Shown: piece by piece, positions 52,561 to 64,000 of the stretch | Numbering within the stretch: position 1 is the first letter of the stretch | How the letters are laid out: each line of letters opens with the position of its first letter | Assembly: GCA_013239625.1 (NCBI GenBank) | Contig: MU055744.1 | Location: 464,355-528,354, forward strand | Direction: 5' to 3' | Length of the DNA: 64,000 nt | Source: Lama guanicoe | Taxonomy: Eukaryota | Notes under the pieces: model-generated | What the model saw: the letters and a program-made list of their open reading frames with translations, nothing else | Databases searched by the model: none | What the model was told of the DNA's origin: nothing | Made by a program: the position numbers and the translations under genes

Positions 52561-54262
52561 ACTACGTTAGGACACTGCCTCCCCCAGGCCGGGGGTTCTC
52601 CGTATGACATCCGCCCGAATCACCACTGGTTACAGACAGATCCCGCCCACGGCCCCTGCAGACTCAGCGGGTCCATCTATAGGTCAAGGTCTTTCTGAAG
52701 AAGGAATTAAGCTCAGAGGTGAAACCCCACACTTAGTCCAAAAATAGGCCAAGTTTGGACGGGAAGGCCGGGCGACCGGGAGGGGCGGCAGCCTCTCGGA
52801 AAGGCCCTTAGCTTGTCATCAGCTGTAACTCCTCACTCTGAATTTCCGTCTTGCTCCCTGAGCATTGGGAAATGTGCAGGTTTACTCTTGGCTTCTCGCT
52901 AGTCTACATGGTCTGTCTACCAGGGAGGGGAAAGGCTGCTGTGGGGAAGTAAGTAGCAAAGGAACTCCCCCCCTGGATTTCTCAGAGGCTGAGACACCCG
53001 GCGGGAGTGGCTGGAGGGTCTGGGGAGCTGAGGGGGGACCAGGGCCCTCCTGAGCAGAAGCCCAAAGACAGTGCCCAAGGAGGGTGGTCACACAGCAGCC
53101 CACCGTCGCGGATAAGCCCGAGAACCAGGACCATTCTGAGCGCTCCCACTGACTGCCGGACTGTCCAGATGGGAAGGGCTGGTAGAGACCGCCTGGCCCA
53201 GACCCCTCCGGGACAGTCCCAGGTCACCCAGCCCCGGACACACCAGGACTTGGGCGCCGTGACCGCGTGTGACAGACCACGGCAGACAGCCCCTCACGTG
53301 ACGCAGCCAGCGTGTACACATCACAACGGATTCGCTCTCACACGCCCGTCGCTGTCCTCTCCGGGGCTGGGAGCTTCAAAGCTTACGCCTTTACTAGGGC
53401 ACCTGGAACAGCACTAAAAATAACCCAGACCTGGGAACCTGCTGAAGCAGAAAGGCTGGCCGACTCCAGCTCCCTGCCCTTTGAACATTCTCCCTTCCAC
53501 TGAACAGCACTGGGGATTCTTTTAGAAGTGTTTGTTCTTCGGGGGTGTTTTAAGTTTATAATAAGGCATTTGTAGTGTGTGTGTGTCTGGGGGGCAGACA
53601 AAAAGGGGATGAAGTTATTGTTCACTTCAGTGGGCATTTCGCAAAGGATTGTTCCTTCTCAGGGAGAGAGGGGGCAAAATAAAAGTACAAAAAAAGGGGG
53701 GATGAAGGGAGAACATCAGGCAAAGCCTACGGAAACGTCTTCATCAAACAGCATTACCCGAAAAGCTACCCTAAGTTGCTCTAAAAAGTGTCCAATGTGA
53801 AAACGAACCACCTTCGTGTTAGGAAACAGCTGGGGAGCAGGGCCGGCAAATCTTTCCTAAGGAAAACTAAAAATGGAATCGGGATTTAAAATGGGCGATT
53901 TAAAAGTGGACTCAGACGCTGGCACGCCGAGGTTTGTTAAAGCAGCTAAAAGGAAAGCTGGTAAGTCGAGTGGGTATCAGCCAGGAGTAAGGCTCCAGCG
54001 GCACCAGGAGCTGTCAGCCCTCGTCCCACCCCTTCCAGGCGCCAGGAGGGACTCCCTTCCCGCCGTGAGTGGCAAGCCTTCCACGGCGATGTGGTCGAAT
54101 TTTCTGCCTGATCGGGTACCTCAGGGAGGTCCCTCGGCCCGCGCTCCCAAGCTGGGGGGAATCTGAGATGTGTGCTTCCAGCCCTAAGAAACTTGTGTCT
54201 TAAACAGTCACCCCAGCACACGTCCACACACGCACACACACGCACAGTCTTCAGATGGTGCG

Positions 54263-54438
54263 TGACGTCTGACGTCACCCTGTCTTCCCAGGGGGCAGCG
54301 TGGCGGGCCCGTGAGCCGGCCTGGGCGCTCCTGCTGCCTCTCGGGGTAGCCGGGCCGGGAGCCCGCGGGCGCTGTCCGCTTCAGCACCACTCCCTAAGCC
54401 TGTGCGAGCTGGGCGGGGCGGCGGGCGGGGCGGCGCCG
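54263..54438. promoter_or_regulatory. Intronic CpG-rich motif cluster: CRE, RE1 half-sites, GC boxes
   Basis: TGACGTCTGACGTCA at 54263-54277, GGCGCTGTCC-gc-TTCAGCACC at 54368-54388, and tandem GGGCGGGGC at 54411-54431. Confidence 0.5.
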
Positions 54439-54690
54439 NNNNNNNNNNNNNNNNNNNNNNNNNNNNNNNNNNNNNNNNNNNNNNNNNNNNNNNNNNNNNN
54501 NNNNNNNNNNNNNNNNNNNNNNNNNNNNNNNNNNNNNNNNNNNNNNNNNNNNNNNNNNNNNNNNNNNNNNNNNNNNNNNNNNNNNNNNNNNNNNNNNNNN
54601 NNNNNNNNNNNNNNNNNNNNNNNNNNNNNNNNNNNNNNNNNNNNNNNNNNNNNNNNNNNNNNNNNNNNNNNNNNNNNNNNNNNNNNNNNN
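54439..54690. other. OLFM1: Assembly gap (252 N) inferred to contain OLFM1 exon Z1
   Basis: M2 ends in phase 0 but Z2 starts in phase 1, so a 3n+1 exon is required. No AIKAKMDEL.../RACMQKL-like coding sequence was found in the readable sequence between them. Minus-strand sequence entering the gap (cactgaacccagcttattttaa) resembles a branch point/acceptor approach, and the gap size fits a 220-nt exon. Confidence 0.8.
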
Positions 54691-54859
54691 TTAAAATAAG
54701 CTGGGTTCAGTGCGATGCGTGCAGAAACTTGTACCTCCCTGCCTTGGCCTGGCTTCTCCCTGGGCGAGGGAAAATGTGCACACTCCTGCTGTATTTATAG
54801 GTTTATTTATTCTGGTCCAGAGGAGTTAGAAGAGCATATTAAACAGTCTTCAGAACACC

Positions 54860-55198
54860 AACATATTTGGGAAAGGTCTTTATTGTCAGTTTAGAATGCA
54901 ACATCTTAAGGTTACATGCGTTAAGTCACATACACAAAGTTTCTTTTTTTTCTTTTTTGTTTTTGTTTTTTGTTTTCAAAAAATGCATTGACAAGGGTTC
55001 AGACTATTCATGAAATGCATCTACAGTCGCATGCAGGAGAGATCCTGGTTGTGCTCAGGCTCCTTAGGGACATGGTGCTAAGTACTGGGAAGTGATAGTA
55101 AAAATGCAGGGCGCAAAAAAGCTCTCTGGCCTCTGTCAGGGTTACATGGGAGTGGACTGCTTCTTCAGTCATTGCAGCATTGAAAAAACTCTTTTAAG
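54860..55198 (-). other. OLFM1: 3' UTR of OLFM1 Y exon (cleavage site approximate)
   Basis: AT-rich stretch from the Y stop to AATAAA (54879-54884), followed on the minus strand by GU-rich TGTTGGTGTTCTG. Confidence 0.8.
54879..54884 (-). terminator. Polyadenylation signal of the Y-isoform transcripts
   Basis: + strand tttatt = AATAAA on minus, with a downstream GU-rich element. Confidence 0.8.
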
Positions 55199-55204
55199 TT
55201 AGCC
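55199..55204 (-). CDS. OLFM1: OLFM1 alternative terminal exon Y, coding part (Gly + TAA; short AMY/BMY isoforms)
   Basis: Minus strand reads gttttcttgcttgcag|GGC TAA. Short pancortin isoforms are known to end ...RQFKG. Followed by an AT-rich 3' UTR and AATAAA. Confidence 0.9.
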   Translation of the reverse strand, partial: G

Positions 55205-56557
55205 CTGCAAGCAAGAAAACGAACACTGTTGAGGTAGCTCACTAACCTGCCTTCAACAGATAGCTACTGACAGACAGAGATTTTCACGGTCACTTAAAAA
55301 AAAAATCACACTGCAAGGCTCGAGTTAATCCAGACAAACTGCTTGAACAGGTACTCAGATGCCCTGACAGCAATTTCTGCTGAACGTGTTTAGTCAGCTA
55401 AAGGGAGGTCAAAGCAAAGGCCGCGTTCCTTCCTCCGGAGCCACAGGCCCAGATCGGGGAGCTGGGACAGGGGCCTGTGTGGACGGTGCTTGCCAAGGCG
55501 AGCTAGCCCCAAACTACTGAACACACCCCTGTCCTTGGAGGAATCTAAGTCCACCCCAGGGAAGGGGGTGCTGGCCTTCCGAGGAGAGACACGAGCTCTT
55601 TTCGGTTGGGCAGGTCAGAATCTCTTCTCGAGATAACTCGTGGTGCATGTCAGAAGCAAGGACATGCCCACCTGCGTCCACCAGGAGCCATCTCTCCTCC
55701 CCAGGATCAGCCGGCTTTTATTTTATTTATGAGACAGATTTATAACTTCATTAGCTGGCCGTTTCGTCTATAGAATGTATCGCTTTTAAAAGCGAATTAG
55801 GTCTTGCCTCGTGCAGGGAGCACATCAAAGGAAAACATTAGCATAAAAAGGACGGGAAGACAGAGCATCAGCGTTTCCTGGTCCAGGGGCTGTGGAATCT
55901 GACCCGCTCATTTACATCTGGGCTGGGTTTCTAATTAACATGCATGTATACCTTAATTAAGGTGCATATAATTTGTCAATTTAGTCATTTCGAAGCTGAG
56001 TAAACTCCAGGTGTCTATATACATATTCGTACATATGTATATATGGCGTTAGGTCAAGCCAGCTCCAGAGTTAGGTGGAGAAAAGGCACACTTGCTGGGA
56101 AGATGGAAGGGTGTTGGTGTCTCTCCCCCCGGCACACGTACAGTGCACCTCGTCACAGCTAAATTAGGTCAGATGTGAAGAGCTGCCCAGAGCGAGCCCT
56201 GCTCAGCAATGGCTCTAATCAATTACGCTAATCCTGGGCTAATGTGATTCACCTGCAGCAGCTGTGGCTCGCCAAGGACCAACCACGTCCCTTCCCCGCT
56301 GACCCGGGACTTGGCTGGAGAAGCCGGGCCCTGGGACCCTGGCCTCGGAAGCTAATAGGCGTGAAAGCCGCATTTCAACTTTGCCCCTTTCGAGGTAAAT
56401 TTCGCCAAACCAGGGCGACGGCAGGCGGCCTCTCTGTTCCTAAGGACAGCTGCCTTTGGCGAGGCAAAGAGCGGTGCTTACTGAGCTCCTCCCCACCCCC
56501 AAATTATTGCTATTCTGGAGGGAGAGGGGGAACGTGAAGGGAAACACACCCGTCCCA

Positions 56558-57453
<896 letters not shown>

Positions 57454-58779
57454 TCAAAAAGGCAACGGGTTCAAGAAAGGAGCTGCAGCAGGTGCCCAAA
57501 ATCTTATTTGCCTCCTAATACGCAAAAGCGACCACGGACGGCCAGCCCACTGGGAGCGGAAGCAGCCCGCGCGTGATTTACTAGTTAATCATCCAGCAGA
57601 GCAAACTGGTTGGGTCAGCGCTTCCTCTGCCGTCTCCAGGACGTGCTCTTACAACCAGGGGTGCAGGAGCCTCCGGTTCCTCACCGGTCACAGCCCCAGG
57701 CATGTGGCTTTGGGTGATTTTTTTCTTTTTTGGGGAGAGATGATTGTTTCTAGTCTTTTTATTCTGCAGGATGAAATCAGCCAGGCAGGCATAAACACCA
57801 ACGAAGACGAACAGTGTCGCTGGGCTTCCCCCAGCTCCTCTGTCCCCCTAGACCTCACTGGCTGTCTTCCTGGGAAGGCTGCCTGTGTAAGCGCAGTGCG
57901 CGGGAAGCAGGGACCGGGCTCCCTGATTTGGCATCTTGCACGCCATCCATCACGCCCCACAGTATCATAGGCAGATGACTGCTCTGCAAACGTGTACGTT
58001 CAGAACACAGAGTCAGGAATCAATCACCCAGCAAATGAAAAATCGCTGTTTTACATCTTCACGGGCAGATGTGAATTGAGTCTAGCCTCAAGATGGAACT
58101 TTAATATTCAACAGGATTCCAGAGAGCTTAAAAGAAAAACAGTTTCAGCGCAGCCACCTGCCAGCGCGTTTTATTTTCAGGAAACTGACTGGCGCTTCCG
58201 AGCAAATGGGCTCGGGGCTGTGGGGAGGCGCGGCGGGGCTCAGGGTCGCCGCAGCATGGTTTGGGTCATTTTTGCAGAAAATAATCCAATCACTAGGGGA
58301 ACGATGCTTGCATTCCACGACTCTTCATTTCTGACTTTTTGCTGGATTTGAAAATACCCCCCTTTTAGGAACAAAATCACTTGGGTCCCAGTCTTCGCTT
58401 TGCCTGGTCAGTAAAAGAGGAGATGGCGGTGTGGCGTGTTCCTCTTACAGCACATCCTCCACCTCCGCAAATAAAACAGTCAGAGAGAGCGTGACCAAAG
58501 GCTCTCGGTGGGAGAAACCGGGTACTGCTCACCTCAACACTGAACAACGCCTGGACTTTATGGCTCGTTATTTGAAAGTCACGCACGGATTCGGTTTAAA
58601 CATTCAGGCTTGTAAGATACAGCATGTGCTGACTTGGACTCCTCCTGCTCTGTTCCCTTTAGCTGTTTTCCGGGAAAATGAAATATATTTGCTTCGCTAC
58701 CTCGAGTCTCCCTGTCCCCACTCAACTGTTGGCCCCACCACTTTGAAGAACTGCAGACTTCTTTGAGAAAAGTTGTCTT

Positions 58780-58900
58780 TCCTTTATCCTTCCAGGCCCA
58801 GCCCAAATGCCACCTCCTCCAGGGAGGCTTCCCTGATGAGCCAAGCCAGAAGGGGCTGGGCACCTCTTGGAAACACCATCATCTTGTTGGCACAATGCTT
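58780..58900 (+). mobile_element. L2 fragment
   Basis: atccttccaggcccagcccaaatgccacctcctccagggaggcttccctga. Confidence 0.65.
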
Positions 58901-59189
58901 GCACACACCCGTCTCTACTGCCTTCCTGGACCACACCTGTTGCCCATTGCAAGGCCCTGCACCTAAGGCCCAGCCTTACCGTGGGAGCTCAGTCAAGACC
59001 CCTACCGCCAGGGGGTACGATTCCTGAAATGACTGAGAACCCACCCGGCTGCGGACTCAGGTTTGCTGAGCGGAAGTTGCTGAACCCACGTGGCTTCAGC
59101 CTCGTTTCTGATGGGGGCCACGCAAGGTGCGCTGGGCTGTTCATTCGCCAGAGAAGGAATGCTTTTAGCAAGTTAAAAAATTTCAAATT

Positions 59190-59333
59190 AAATTTTTTTA
59201 ATTAAAAAAATGGTTTTTTTTGGGGGGGTGGAGGAGTAATTAGGCTGAGTTATTAAATAGAGGCACTAGTGATTGAACCCAGGACCCCATCCATGCTAAG
59301 CACGCCCTCTACCACTGAGCGCTACCCTCCCCC
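59190..59333 (-). mobile_element. Vic-1-like SINE in the OLFM1 M1-M2 intron
   Basis: Reverse-complement tRNA-like head (gattgaacccaggacc...catgctaagcacgccctctaccactgagc...ccctccccc), gtaattagg linker and T-rich tail. Confidence 0.85.
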
Positions 59334-59719
59334 TTGACTTAAATCTTAAATTTAGAAAACAAATCTTAAAGATGCCAAGCAGCTCAGTGACCTTAAAACA
59401 CAATACACGCCTTCCTACGGTCCTTCCCACGGGGTGCAGGCTTCCCTTTCTGGCCAATCACAAAGCAGATCACGGAGCCCCGGGGGCTGGGGGCAGTCAC
59501 TCCCTGATCACAGTCTAGAACCTTCTCCTCTGCACGCGTCCTGTCTCCTACCTGTAGGACGTGCCCCTGAGAGGCCAGCTGAGGAGCTCAAGGTCACACA
59601 GTGCCAGATGCACAGGCTAACCCCCACCCCGGATGGCGGCAGGTGCTGGGGCGAGGGGCGGCAGCACACACACCGGGCCCAGAGGGGACGACTGCCCCCT
59701 CAAATCCACGGACTGCTTT

Positions 59720-59900
59720 CTTCGTTCCAGGCACATTCTATGCTGAGCCCCTCATCTTACTTATCCCCGGGAGGTGGGCACTACTTCAAGTCCCATTTCA
59801 CACATAAATGAGACCAAGGCTCAGAGAAGCTAAGAACCGGTCTCCTGCCACACAGCAGACAGCCACCACGCAGGGCCTGGACTGGCTCCGAAGCCTCGGC
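59720..59900 (-). mobile_element. MIR
   Basis: cccatttcacacataaatgagaccaaggctcagagaagctaag. Confidence 0.65.
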
Positions 59901-60937
59901 TCTCAAGCTCTGGGCTGAGTGCGTCTTCAGAGAGGACAGGGCCTGGGGTCCTCGCCTGCCCTTGGCGACCCAGGGCTCCTCAGGCCCAGCCCTGGGGGGC
60001 TATCACGACACACTGGTGCCCGGCTCCTCCCAGGACTGCAGGTGGGCTAAAGTCAGGGCCTCTGGGCCTGGGACCCACGGCTCTGCCTTTGGAAGCTCCC
60101 GAGGTGGGTTTTCAGGGGACTCCAGGCAGGAAAAACCCGCACAACTGGGACCCCAGCCCCGGGGACAGAACAGGAGCTCAGAAGGTGCTGAGTGCACACC
60201 CACCTCAGCCCAGCTCTGCGCTCAGGCCAGAAACTGGAAGAGGAGGCGGTGGAGGCGGGCTGAGGGGCGGAGAGCAGCCCCGCCCCTCCCGCGAGGCAGC
60301 AGCCAGCGGCTCCTGCCCTGGAAGCCCTCAGGGAACGCAGGGCCCACTAGGGTGTAAAACAGGGCTTTTCATTTTTAAGCAGTGATGCTGCGGTGCACAC
60401 AGGCAGGAAGGGGCTCCAAGCCTGTGTTCCCAGGGGCTCACGGAGCTTTCTGGAACCCTCTGAGCGCCTCGGCCCAAGGACTTGGGAGCTGCTCCCACCT
60501 CCCAGGGGCCTGGCAGCCCCTCCAAGCACCACCGCCCTCCTCTACAATTCTGAATTATTAAAGGCCCAGCTAGACTTTGGCTAGTTTGGTTTTGATAAAT
60601 GTTTGTGGAATCTGCTCAACGTGTCTTTCTTTAATTCTGATAAAGCGGTGTACCGGGGGCCTGCAGGTGGCGGAAGACAGAGCACACAGCTCCTGGGGGG
60701 GAGGGGGAGCCCGGCCGTCCCTGCTGCTCCTCGCCCCTCGCCCCTCCCCGGCCCCTCAGCTCTCAGCCGCCCTCTCCCTCCACAGCTGAAGAAACCGAAT
60801 CCAAGAAAGGCGCCTGGTTACCGGGACCTGTGTGAGGGCTGCGGGGTGAGCTGGGCTCGAACTGAACCGGACCGAGCCTGGCCCGGCGACGCGGCCCTCT
60901 GCCGGCCGCCAGAACTCCCCGGGTGGCGTCATGGGGC

Positions 60938-61145
60938 TGTGTGTGCGCGCGTGGTGTGCAGGGGGTGTGTGCGTGTTATGTGTATTTGTGTGTGGTGTGT
61001 GTGAGTGAGAGGCGTGCGTGGGGTGTAAGGTGTGTGTGTGACATTTGTGTGGTTGTGTGACGGACGGACATGTGCTGTGTGATGTGTGTGCTGTCTTCAT
61101 GCAGGTGCGTCCGTCAGCGTTTGTGCGCGGTGTGTGGGAGGTGTG
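60938..61145. repeat. Degenerate TG-rich simple repeat
   Basis: Directly visible. Confidence 0.85.
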
Positions 61146-61901
61146 ACCCCTCTCTCAGGGCGCGAAGGGTTCTGACACAACATGTGCGCTCTTCCTGGGG
61201 GAGGGTGCCGAGTGGAGCAGAAGGACCACCCATTCCTCCTTCTCCCCTGAGTGGCCCCCAGGGGACCTGACCCTCGAGGTACCTGAAACCCCGGGGTTCT
61301 TGGAGCAGGGCGTGCGGGGAGGCTGGGAGCGAGCCAGGCGGGAGGCTGGCCCCAGGGCTGGGACGGGCTCCCCTGCTAGCCAGCTGTTTGGCTTGGGACG
61401 GTCAGTCCACCTCCCTGGACCCAGAGCCCCTCTTCTGAGAATGGGGTGAAAGTCTCACCAGCTTCACCTGGTTCTTGTGAAGCTCGAGTGAATAAAGGAT
61501 GCCAGATGCGTCTGCTACAAAGGCGACAGTTTCATCTGCTTTTGCACCCAGAAGGCAGTCCCGGGGGGTGGGGGTGAACGCCTGGCCGGGCTGCCACCAG
61601 GGCAATCACTCACAAGGCGGGCAAAGACCAGGGGAGCTCCCCCAGGTGCTGCTCCGTGACAGCGCGGAGCCCTCTGGACCACAGACGCAGCAGGACTGGG
61701 AGACGGCGGTGGGGGGCGGAGCCCTGTGTGGCCCCTCGCTACACCCACATGGCTCCTCAGTGGGGCTACTGGCCTCCTCCTGGGCCACCCTTGGGGAGTC
61801 TCCACCCATTCATTCACCCATCACTTCATTCACAAATATTCCCAGTGGGGACGTGCAAGGGAAGAGTGAGGCCCTGGAGCTGGGATGAACCCTGCAGGCT
61901 A

Positions 61902-62324
<423 letters not shown>

Positions 62325-63179
62325 TCAGGAGCCCCAGGGCTGGAAGGCAGTCACACAGGTAGAGCTCTTTAAAAATTGTTTTCTAATCCAAGGGAGTTTT
62401 AAATTTAGGGGATGTTTGGAGTCTCGGCATCTGACCAAATTCACACGTTGGGTGGAAGGCAGGGTGACCAGAGGCTGCAGGCCGGCTGAGCAGCAAGCAG
62501 GACAGCAGGCGGCTGGCTGACTCACAGCGGGCACGTAATTGGGAAATCAGACCTCCTCCCGTAAGTGGGGAGGGGTGCTGGCGCAGCCTCGCTTGGCTGC
62601 TCCCTGACGCTGGAGATGAAGGGCCCGCGGTAAGAGCCCGGAGCCAGCAGCCTGTTAGCCCAGAGCTGCAGCGACCCCAAGCCTGGGCCACATTCCCGCT
62701 GGCAGCCCGGCCGAGGCAGTCCCTGCCGGCGAGGATGCCGGGCTTCCAGCTCCACACAGGCTGCCACCCACGAGCCATTTGGAGGATGCCACCAAGTTGC
62801 TGGTGACATGTTGTGCCGGGGTCACACCCAACCTCAGTGCCGAGGTGTGCCCAAGGACCATCACGAAGTCAGAGCTGATGTGGCTGGTGTCACCTTGCAG
62901 CCCAGCTCAGGGGTCCCCACCGGCAGGGACGCGGGCAGGCACTACTGTCGGAAAACACTCCCCGAGCCCAGACCTGCAGCCTGCCCAGTCGCCTCAGGCC
63001 ACCTCCCTGCTATTTTTAGCGTGGGGCGGGGAGGAGAAGCTGGGCGGAGGGAATCCATAGTAGATGCATTTCATTTCATTCATTTCTAACCCCGAGCTCA
63101 GGACCCACAGGCAGGAACAAAGTCATCAGGAAGAAAACGCTGCATGCAGTTCCCGAAAGAGCAGGTGAGGTGGACGGAT

Positions 63180-64000
63180 GACGGCTCCGAGGGGTCGCCA
63201 TGAGACCTCCTCCCGGGGCACCGCGCCCTTGACAGCCGAAAGGGAGCGGGAGAGGAGACGAGTGTCCTTCACCTCTCCTTTTGGCTTAGAAGGAGCGGGC
63301 CTGGGGCGCGCCCCTTCCTCCGCGCGCGCCGCCGCCGCCGCCGCCGGCCGCTCCGGGGTGGTTCCTCTGCCCCCGCTCCAGCCACCGCCGAAGTCAGCCC
63401 TGCCCGGAGGCGGTCTGGGCCGCCGGCCCCCTCCCCCAAGGCGCCGAGAAGGGAGGAGAGGCGTTTCAGCGGCAGGGTGGGAGGGGGGCGCGGAAGGCGA
63501 CGGGCAAGCCCAGCAGCTGTGGCCCCGGGGCCCCGCCCGGCCCCTCTGCACCCTCCGCCGGCGGGGGACCCACGGACCTCTGCACGGGGACGGGAGGCGA
63601 AAGGTGCCTCGGGACTCTGAGGGCAGGAGCCCCTCGGCTCCCCGCCCGGGCCCCACTCCGGCCGGTCCAGTCCGGCTTTTGCGAAGTAGGGCGCGCTCAG
63701 TCCCGAGCGCTGGCTGGACCCAGCCGGACTGGGGTCGGTCGCGTCTCCACCCCTCACTTGCGGAGTGACCTTGGACAAGTCCCCAAGACCCCTGCCTCAG
63801 TTTCCAAACCTTATCAACGGGGACTCATCAGTTGATTGAGGACTCCAAGCCTCTGAGTCCCTGAGCTGCTACCCCCGCCCCGCGAGGGGACCGGGCAAAG
63901 GCAGGAAGCGTCTCCCCGTGGGGGCCGCGACCGGAGGAGTGGCCGGCGCTAGGGGCGCGGGGAGCAGGGTCGCCACTGCAGCGCGCAGGAGCCGCCTCGG
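63180..64000. promoter_or_regulatory. CpG island edge in the intron upstream of M1, next to the exon-B/promoter region beyond the window
   Basis: Dense CpG, GCGCGC runs and a (GCC)6 tract at about 63328-63345. In orthologues the signal-peptide exon B lies about 2 kb upstream of M1 (recalled). Confidence 0.7.
63720..63830 (+). mobile_element. MIR embedded in the CpG island
   Basis: cacttgcggagtgaccttggacaagtc...tgcctcagtttcc. Confidence 0.7.

Overview
Mammalian genomic DNA, very GC- and CpG-rich, with four assembly gaps. It is probably from a camelid, judged by four tRNA-Ala-derived SINEs resembling Vic-1. The right third carries most of OLFM1 (olfactomedin-1/noelin/pancortin) on the minus strand: M1 62010-62159, M2 57295-57450, the alternative terminal Y exon (Gly-stop at 55199-55204, AATAAA at 54879-54884), Z2 47045-47151, and the terminal olfactomedin-domain exon (CDS 41703-42377, AATAAA at 40730-40735). 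Splice phase requires a further exon (Z1, 3n+1 nt, 220 nt in orthologues) that is not readable and most likely lies in the 252-N gap at 54439-54690. The first exons (A/B) lie beyond the right edge, next to the CpG island at about 63180-64000. Bases 1-40700 look intergenic, with old MaLR/ERV LTRs, MIR, L2, L1ME and MER5 fragments, microsatellites and several compact transcription-factor motif clusters. Nearly all ORFs in the supplied track are GC-rich spurious frames. I found no convincing novel gene system. The best leads are regulatory or evolutionary: an intronic CRE/split-RE1/GC-box module, a hairpin over the Y-exon acceptor region, homeodomain and PBX-HOX motif clusters, an apparent micro-inversion in an LTR, and signs of GC-biased substitution reaching into the OLFM1 protein. 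Repeat family names and comparisons with human OLFM1 come from recalled consensus sequences, not from searches; repeat boundaries are approximate.
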